Source of the DNA: Eledone cirrhosa
Taxonomy: Eukaryota
Direction of reading: 5' to 3'
Assembly: GCA_964016885.1 (NCBI GenBank)
Contig: OZ024742.1
Location: 220,782,001-220,846,000 of the forward strand
DNA length: 64,000 nucleotides
A program made the position numbers and the translations under genes. Positions within the stretch are counted from its first letter, which is position 1; every line of letters starts with the position of its first letter. Below, one piece after another: positions 56,494 to 64,000 of this stretch. Below the pieces are notes generated by a model that saw only the letters and a program-made list of their open reading frames with translations, was not told where the DNA came from and made no database searches.

Positions 56494-59400
56494 ACCCGAG
56501 CAACAAAACATTAAAACCCGAGCAACAAAACATTAAAAACTTCGTGCTTGCCAGAAGGGCCAACAAGGAATTGATGGCCCATGTAGCACGAAGCACAAAC
56601 ATCGAAAAAGAGGGGGAAACATTTGAAGCGAGCACATTTCGCGTACCAGATAATTTGCTTCTGATGCGAATGTCGCTCGCTTCATACAAAGAAATTCGAA
56701 AGAGCTTTCCTCGGGATGTGGGAACCCCGAACGTAAAACCCACTTCAAGACTATTAAAGGGGTTCCCAAAAGAAACCCCACAAACCATGGAGGTCGAACC
56801 ACCCGACCTTCACAAGACCCCGGAAGGTAAGTAAACCTTTCCTCTCCCATTCATCCTGCCAGCATGGCCATAAGAGTAGGAAGTTTAAATGTTCGTGGCC
56901 TGGGGTCGCCCTGGAAGCAAGGTCACTTGCTCAACGACCTCAGGTCACTAGGAATGGATGTAATTGCCATCAGCGAGACCAGAATTTCCGACACACGCGC
57001 ACTGGCGCCGATTTTCGACGATTATCAGATCTTTGCATCTGTTAGTCGGCCGGGAATGTGAGGTGGAGTGGCTGTGCTGTTTAGGAAATGTCTGGATCTC
57101 GAGGTAAGGTCAATCTTCCGGGATCCTGACGGAAAGTTGGTGGTCCTGGACGTGAGCAATAGCGAAGGTGGTGCCTTTAGACTGGTGGCCGTCTACGCCC
57201 CTACTGGGGCCGGTCGGCCGGACTTCTTTAGGCGCCTGGAAAACTTTCTGCTTACGTCTCGCCCTTTACTGTTAATAGGGGATTGGAATGGCATCTTAGA
57301 AGCACGCTGGGATTGTGTGGGAGTATCTGATAGGAGCGGGGGGTGCAAAAGCCTCAAGTACCTGATCAGCCAGTTTCAACTGTCTGACAGGTACCGACTA
57401 GATTTCCCTAATGCGCCAGTATGGACCTGGACCAATCGCATAGGGTCATCTAGATCGTACATAGATAGGATTTTCATTAGGAAAAGAGATAGAAATAGTG
57501 TAGGATGTCCACATTTTAAAACGGTTGCCTATTCAGATCACAAGCTTGTGATCTGTATGGTCGACCTAGATAAGACACGTAGGTTAGGACCTAGCTACTG
57601 GAAGCTAAACATGTCGTTTCCGGCACGTAAAGCTTACAGGGACCGGGTCAACAACTTAGTTAAGCAAAAGTTGACAGGGGGGGTTGTCAACAACAGGTGG
57701 TGGGGGGCTCTCAAAAGAGAGATTAGAGCAACCTCGATAGGATTTAGCAAAGAAGTAGCAATAGAGAAAAATAGAAAGGAGGAGGGGCTGATAGCTAAGT
57801 TAGACGAGGCTATTTGTAGTGGCATTGCAACAGACGTGCTAGCGGCGAGAATGGCACTAGACCATTTCTTCAATGCGAAACACGAAGGTTGCATTGTCAG
57901 AGCTAAGGCGCGTGCTCTGAGGAACGAGGGAACCAAAGCTGCCCGATGGGCTCGCTTTGCAGAGACGCAGCGTGGAAATAAAACCACAATTCGGTCTTTG
58001 ACGGATCGAGATGGACACGAACTGAGCGATTCCAAGCAGATGTGTGAGGCCTTTCGCCAGCACTTTGCTCGATTGTTCGGGAGGATGGGTGAGTCGGAGA
58101 CGGCGGCGGACTTCAGTCCCTACCTCGACGGCTTGCCACGCCTCTCGACGGCCGACGCTGAGCGCTGCGAAGAGCCGATAACATCAGTCGAAATTCAGGA
58201 CGCCCTTGTCGGCTGCTCGAGTCGCAAGTCACCCGGTTTGGATGGTCTGCCCTACGAGCTTTACGTAAATATGCCAGACTTGTTCTCCGATCTCCTCGAA
58301 GCGCTCTACTGCAACTGGCAGCAGAACGGGAGCATTCCCAGTTCTGTGAGCCGTGGAGTAGTGACGCTGATAAGGAAAGACGAGAACAAGAGGGACACAC
58401 TAGATAATTTCAGGCCCATAACCCTGCTCAACACAGAGTTTAAGATTTTGGCCAAGGTGTTAGCGAAAAGGTTGGCGCTTGTCGTCAAAGATCTGGTTGG
58501 GGAGGCGCAAACTTGCGCAATCCCGACCAGGTCCATACACGACAACCTCCACCTCATGCGATACATCATAGAGAGGGTTGGGTGCAAACCTGGCTTCGGT
58601 GGGGCTCTGATCAATTTAGATCAATCGAAAGCATTCGATAGGGTCGACCATCGGTACTTGGAGGCTGTCCTCGAGGCGGCTGGCTTCGGCCCCGTCTTCA
58701 GAAGCTGGATCGCTGCAATGTACAGCGGCATCTGCTCGGTGGTCAAAGTTAATGGCCACCTCTCGGAACCGTTTCAGATCTCTCGATCGGTCCGTCAAGG
58801 GTGCCCTCTCTCCTCACTTCTGTACGTATTGACTCTTGAGCCTCTACTGCGGAAGCTGGAGTTGTTGCAGGGCATCCCGCTCGAACCGGGACGTAGAAAG
58901 GCTGCGTCCGCTTATGCGGACGACATCACCGTGATGGTGTCGGACACCTCGGAAATCGAGGTGATCCGCACCCATTTGGAGGAATATAAAAGGTTGACGG
59001 GAGCAAAACTTAACCCGGAAAAGTCGGTGGGCTTGCAGCTCGGCACTTGGAGAGGCAAGTCCATGCCGTCCAACAGCGTCGTTGGGCGCTGGACAGACGG
59101 ACCGGTAAAGTTGCTCGGGGTTTGGTTCGGACCAGACCTCCAGGTGGATAAGAATTGGGACGAGGTGACGAGCAGGATAGGCAACCTCACCCAGAAATGG
59201 GCTGAGAGAAAGCTATCACTGAAAGGGCGGGCGGAGGTGGCGAACGCGTACATCGCGTCCGTCATCTACTACCGCCTGACCGTCGTGCCTTGCCCCCGTC
59301 CACGCCTCGCCAATTTGGAACGGCTCCTTTTCAAATTCTTGTGGAGGGGACGGGTCCCGTTGGTGAGGCGGTCCATCTGCTGCCAGCACCCTCTTCGTGG

Positions 59401-60560
59401 AGGGCTGGGCATGCCGTGGCTAATGATGCGCAGACATGCGCTGAGGCTGCGACATCTCCAGATATTTTGCCTAAACGGTGAACAGGTGTGGTCGCCGTTT
59501 GTTAGACGGGCCTTTCCGCAGCTCATCTCTTTGACTGAGCTGCAGTCCTGGGTCAAGAAGAGACCGAGACTGGGCGACTGGCATCTGGAATGTTGCCAGG
59601 CGCTCACTGCACTCTGCAAGGTGGGCAATGCGGTCAGTGGAACTTCCACTCAAGATTTCTATAGAGGATTAGTGGAGGGCAAGTACGATGACGTACTAGG
59701 AGAGGCTCTAGGCGTCAACGAAGTAGAACTGACCAGTATGTTCCGGAGGACTTTCGAGCCGGGGACGATGGATAACTTCCAGAAATCCCTCGCTTGGCAG
59801 TGCTACCAGGGGGCGCTGCCGGTTCGGGATAAACTCTACAGGCACGGAAGTGCTGTCAGACGAACCTGCCCGAGATGCGCGCAGAGCGACGAAACCATTC
59901 TGCACGCACTCGTCCAGTGTCCGTGCATTGCTGACTTGTGGGGTTATGTCGAACAGCTATTGTCGCGTGTAGAACGGATCCGGCTATCGTCCGAGTCCAT
60001 AGTGAAGATTGACCCGCCGCCTTCTTTTGGTCAGGAAGGGCAGGCAATTTTCCTCTGCCTGGTGGCAGTAGCGAAAGAGGTTGCATGGTGGACCAGGTTG
60101 AAAGGACTGAAGACAGACACTTTCCTCTTCGGCCAATCCCTCATCAACTTCTTCAAGTTTCACTTGGAAAGGAAGGTGAGGGTGGAGAGAGAAGTGCTGC
60201 CCCCCAGTACATTTACTGAAAGGTGGGTGAATGTGGCGAGAATGGCCCGCGTGAGTGGGCCTACTCTGATCATGCGCCTGTAGGCTGGTGAATTCGAGAA
60301 GGAGAGGGGTGCCCTTCCCGGGTGCCCTAGGAGCGTCGGGTGGCTCAGGACTGGTGGGGTGCTTGAGTCAACCCTGGGTGGTGATCCCTCTTATTGGGGA
60401 ACTTTCATTGTTGTATTTTTATTGTTATTTTGTTTTTTTTGTTATTTATACTTACTCGATCTCTATGTAAACCCCCACTGTCCCTGTCTATTGTGTTGTC
60501 CCCTATATGTCGGCCCTTGTGGCCAATAAATGAAATCATTATTATTATTATTATTGTTAT
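56494..60560 (+). mobile_element. Tx1-clade LINE family A, second copy, 5'-truncated in ORF1
   Basis: Near-identical inverted copy of 38343-42382; 22-nt tandem duplication 56494-56537 at the 5' junction; (ATT)n tail. Confidence 0.93.
56864..60283 (+). pseudogene. Tx1 ORF2 with a single premature stop (GGA>TGA at 57059-57061)
   Basis: ORFs 56864-57061 and 57068-60283 are in frame; the intact copy has Gly there. Confidence 0.9.
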
Positions 60561-60573
60561 ATATGGCCCTTTA

Positions 60574-60853
60574 TGATCTGAGTTCAAATCCCGCCTAGGT
60601 TAACTTTGCCTTTCATCGTTACGGGGTCAATAAAATAAAGTACCAGTAATACACTGGGATAATTGCTGGCCTTGTGCCAAAAGTAGAAATAATTATTATA
60701 TATATATATATATATTCACAGAATATTAACATCTATGCTTGTAGAAGTACGTGTAGGTAGGTAAAACTTTGAGGTTTATGATTCTCTGTAATACATCGAC
60801 CCCGTAAGGATGAAAGGCAAAGTTAACCTAGGCGGGATTTGAACTCAGATCAT
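60574..60853. mobile_element. SINE (60574-60697, +) with a local inverted partial duplicate (60796-60853, -)
   Basis: Both share the same 5' junction ATGATCTGAG and the CCTAGG variant. Confidence 0.8.
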
Positions 60854-61653
60854 TTTCTAAAAATATATAATTGAGTGTAGGTCCTGTTTTGAACTATATG
60901 AATTGATAGATGTTTCTTTCTTACAAAATTTAATGCTTCAGTGATCTCATTCACCCAAAATGTTAACCAATGACGCGAGCTTAACAATTCAAAAGAGAAA
61001 ATGATCTGGTTTTATAAAATTTTATTATATCCGGTATGAAGAGCTTAAAAGGTGTACTTTGCGTCAATACTTCACTCTGAGAATTATTTTGGCATAGCAA
61101 CTACAATGAATTGGTTTATCACAATTTGTTTATTTTTGCCGTTACTATGCAGAAGCTCTCCAGTTTCCAGCATCCAAGACAACGGTGAGTAATATGTCTT
61201 CCTTTTATTTTTCTTCCATATTACTTTTAGTTATCACTATCACTTTAATACATTTGTTCCTAAAACTATACGAGAAATATCTATTCAAACTTGGTTGGAG
61301 GGCCAGTTTTGTTTTCCAGTTTTTGTTGCAACTGCTTCTGCAGTTGTTGTGGTGGTTTACTTGCACGTCATCTGATCAGGCACACTAAGAATTAAAAACA
61401 TTCCAGCCATGACCATGAAATATTTTTTTTCTACCTAGAACTACATTTATTATCCAATATTTTTATTGTTTTTTTAAGAAGGTCGTAAATTGAAACGATA
61501 ATGTTGCTATTTTTAGTAAATCGAGTGATCACGTAAAGGTTTTTCAGTTGATTTTATTTACATCCTACAGGATTCATCGTGTCTAGTCAATCGATCGACA
61601 TTTTTTGTAGAAAAGTTTACCTTATTCCTAAAGAAAAAAATCGATACACGCAC

Positions 61654-61684
<31 letters not shown>

Positions 61685-61811
61685 TTGATAGATAGAGATA
61701 GATAGATAGAGAGAGAGAGATTGGGTGGTTCAGTAGGTTTACTGAAGAACGTACCAAAATCAGCACTCTATGGAATGCCATCAGATGAGATTTTGGTTTT
61801 GCTTGATTAAA

Positions 61812-61888
61812 AATCTGATGAGCAGATTGGTCTGGAGTTGGGTCTAAACATAGATCTTGAGCCACCCATCTGTGAAACGATCGTAACT
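61812..61888 (+). ncRNA. Hammerhead-like motif, canonical core
   Basis: CTGATGA GCAGAT...ATCTGT GAA ACGATCGT A; stem I imperfect. Confidence 0.55.
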
Positions 61889-61935
61889 GTGCACAATCAA
61901 TAAAAACATTAATGTGAATAAAACCTCATTTTGTT

Positions 61936-61989
<54 letters not shown>

Positions 61990-62122
61990 ATGCGCGCGCG
62001 CGCGCGTGTGTGTGTATAAGCAAGTATTGCACCAAGAAAATATAACCGCCGGCGTGAAGGAGATTAAGAATGTATTTGCTTTAACATCTGTTTCTATATA
62101 TATATTTATATATATATGTTGT

Positions 62123-63821
62123 TATACTTGGGGAGGGTCATATTTGCGTAATATTGCCAGAATTAATAACAGAACACACTCACTGTTTGGTTGGTTTTCA
62201 CTTCTCGCTGTCTTTTATTATATCTGCGATCTAACTTACTCGGTCCTCAATGTTGCCATTGACTGACCGGCGGTCAAAAATAATACAGATACAATATAGA
62301 CACAAACACATATATATATATATAGTTTACATAATTTACATAAATCTTTCGTTGCACATCTGCAACATCGTCAGTGGTGTTATATTCATTGTTCCTCCTG
62401 TTGTGTTGTATGTCTACGCCATTTTTTATTCAGTCTGTCTATATATTTATTTATTTATTTGCTTGTTTGTTTATCTTATTTTATTTTGTCTTCTTTGCGC
62501 ATGCGTTTGCGTGTGTGTATAGTGTTATGTGTGATGTGTGACTAGTGTGTATAGTGTTGTGTCTGCTGGGTGACTAGTGTGTGTTTATGTGCTTGTTGTT
62601 ATTGTGCTTGTGTATGTATTTATTTATCTTATTTAATTTAATTTTATTTACTTATTTATACTTCTCTTAGGTCAGTGTTGTTTGTTTGGGTGTTGTTGTT
62701 GTTCCACTCATTCTTTCTGTTTAGCTTTGGTCTTCTAATTTCTATTTCACTGGCCTCTCTGATTTGCCTATCTGCTGGGTCATTCCTATGTTTAGATATT
62801 ATTCTAATTTCTATGTTGTCTATGTTACCGTCATGTTGTTGTCTAGCATGTTCGTATAGTACTGACCCGTTTTTTCGTCCTTTTAGTTCCCCCCAGTGTT
62901 GGTCTATCCTTTCACCTATGCTACGAGATGTCTCACCTATGTATGTTGTTGTCATGTTTCTGCAAGTACCCTCTGTACATCTTATGCTATAGACTACGTT
63001 TCTAGTTTTACAGTTTATCCGGGGGTTCACCTTACATATGATACACTTCCTATTGGTACAGTGGGTTTTCTTAAAAGGGTAGGTTTTGCTGATCAGGGAT
63101 TTTATGGTGGTTCCTGGCTTTTCTACCACCTTTATTTTTAAGTGGGTCTTTCTCAGGGTCTTTCTACACTGGTTAGCTAATTTCCCTCCAGGGGTGGCGT
63201 CCACAAACATGACACTCTGATATCTCTGGTTGTCGTACCATGATGTGGCCTTCCCTATCTTATGTCTAGCCCTATCTAAGCTATTCCATGATTTGCTCCT
63301 GTATAGTGGGCAGATTCCTTTCATGTCCAGTTCTATGAGGGTCTTATACTTTTCCATGGCTCCTTCGTATACTCTGACTCTGTCTCTTTGGTTGTAGCCA
63401 GAGAACTGCATGCGGTTGATGAAGTGTTGGATGTGTCCTTCCATTTCTGTTGGGTCGCACATGCTGGACACATTCTTCATCACTCGTACCAAATCTGCGA
63501 TCAGAATATTAAACTTAGCACTACTGGACATTGCTGAGTTTTTGAGTATCAGGTATTTGGAGGCCATGGGTTTAGCATAGTGTGAGTGGAGAATTTGGGC
63601 TCTCTCGTCTATAGTGTTAATCCAGAGTTCTGTGTCTAATACAGGTAGTCTATTGTTAGGGTGTTTGGAAGGGAAGTCTATAGTTACAGTTATACTCTGG
63701 TGTATGGAATTAGCTATCTGCTGGATGCTTTCCATCGTGCTACGTTCTAAATCAAACTTGTTAGTGCTCTCTAGTGGGGGTGTTCTTATAACTATATTGA
63801 TATCATAGACAACATAGAAAT
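62123..63821 (-). mobile_element. PLE (Nematis-like), 5'-truncated
   Basis: ORF 62656-63864: LPVLD, HYAKPMAS..SAM, C..C..C linker, VVY..C..C..YIGETSR; pLTR with hammerhead. Confidence 0.85.
62339..62378 (-). ncRNA. Minimal hammerhead with an extra U after A9
   Basis: Identical core to 31693-31735. Confidence 0.65.
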
Positions 63822-64000
63822 TAGAATAATATCTAAACATAGGAATGACCCAGCAGATAGGCAAATCAGAGAGGCCAGTGAAATAGAAATTAGAAGACCA
63901 AAGCTAAACAGAAAGAATGAGTGGAACAACACCCAAACAAACAACACTGACCTAAGAGAAGTATAAATAAGTAAATAAAATTAAATAAAATAAGATAAAT
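63822..64000 (+). mobile_element. Inverted duplicate of the 3' end of the Nematis-like PLE (runs off window)
   Basis: Reverse complement of ~62620-62805. Confidence 0.88.

Noticed and set aside
55550-56788. 412-aa ORF spanning two LINEs
   Set aside because: Antisense of Tx1-A ORF1 read into the Tx1-D endonuclease across a head-to-head junction
57059-57061. TGA as programmed readthrough in Tx1 ORF2
   Set aside because: The sister copy has GGA; simple nonsense mutation

Overview
Eukaryotic (animal) repeat-saturated DNA with no recognisable host-gene exon. The SINEs and extreme (TA)n/(CA)n/(GA)n content suggest an octopus-like cephalopod; this is inference only. It holds about 10 Penelope-like element (PLE; RT + GIY-YIG) copies or fragments from several clades, many with inverted terminal duplications. 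It also holds a block of six Tx1-clade LINE copies at 37-60.6 kb (one full-length with both ORFs intact), a decayed Ty3/Gypsy element with TSD, a 5'-truncated RTE LINE, a Tc1/mariner fragment, tRNA-derived SINEs and a Helitron 3' end. The strongest signal outside the ORF track is RNA structure. By eye I find 27 type-I hammerhead-ribozyme-like motifs (about 19 distinct sequences) on both strands. They lie in PLE 3' regions and in small ORF-less, terminally redundant (retrozyme-like) units. Many share atypical features: U3-A8 cores, CCGANGA (U4C) cores, a non-Watson-Crick first pair in stem II, 40-80 nt loop II inserts and palindromic stem III. All structures were read manually; no folding or database search was run.
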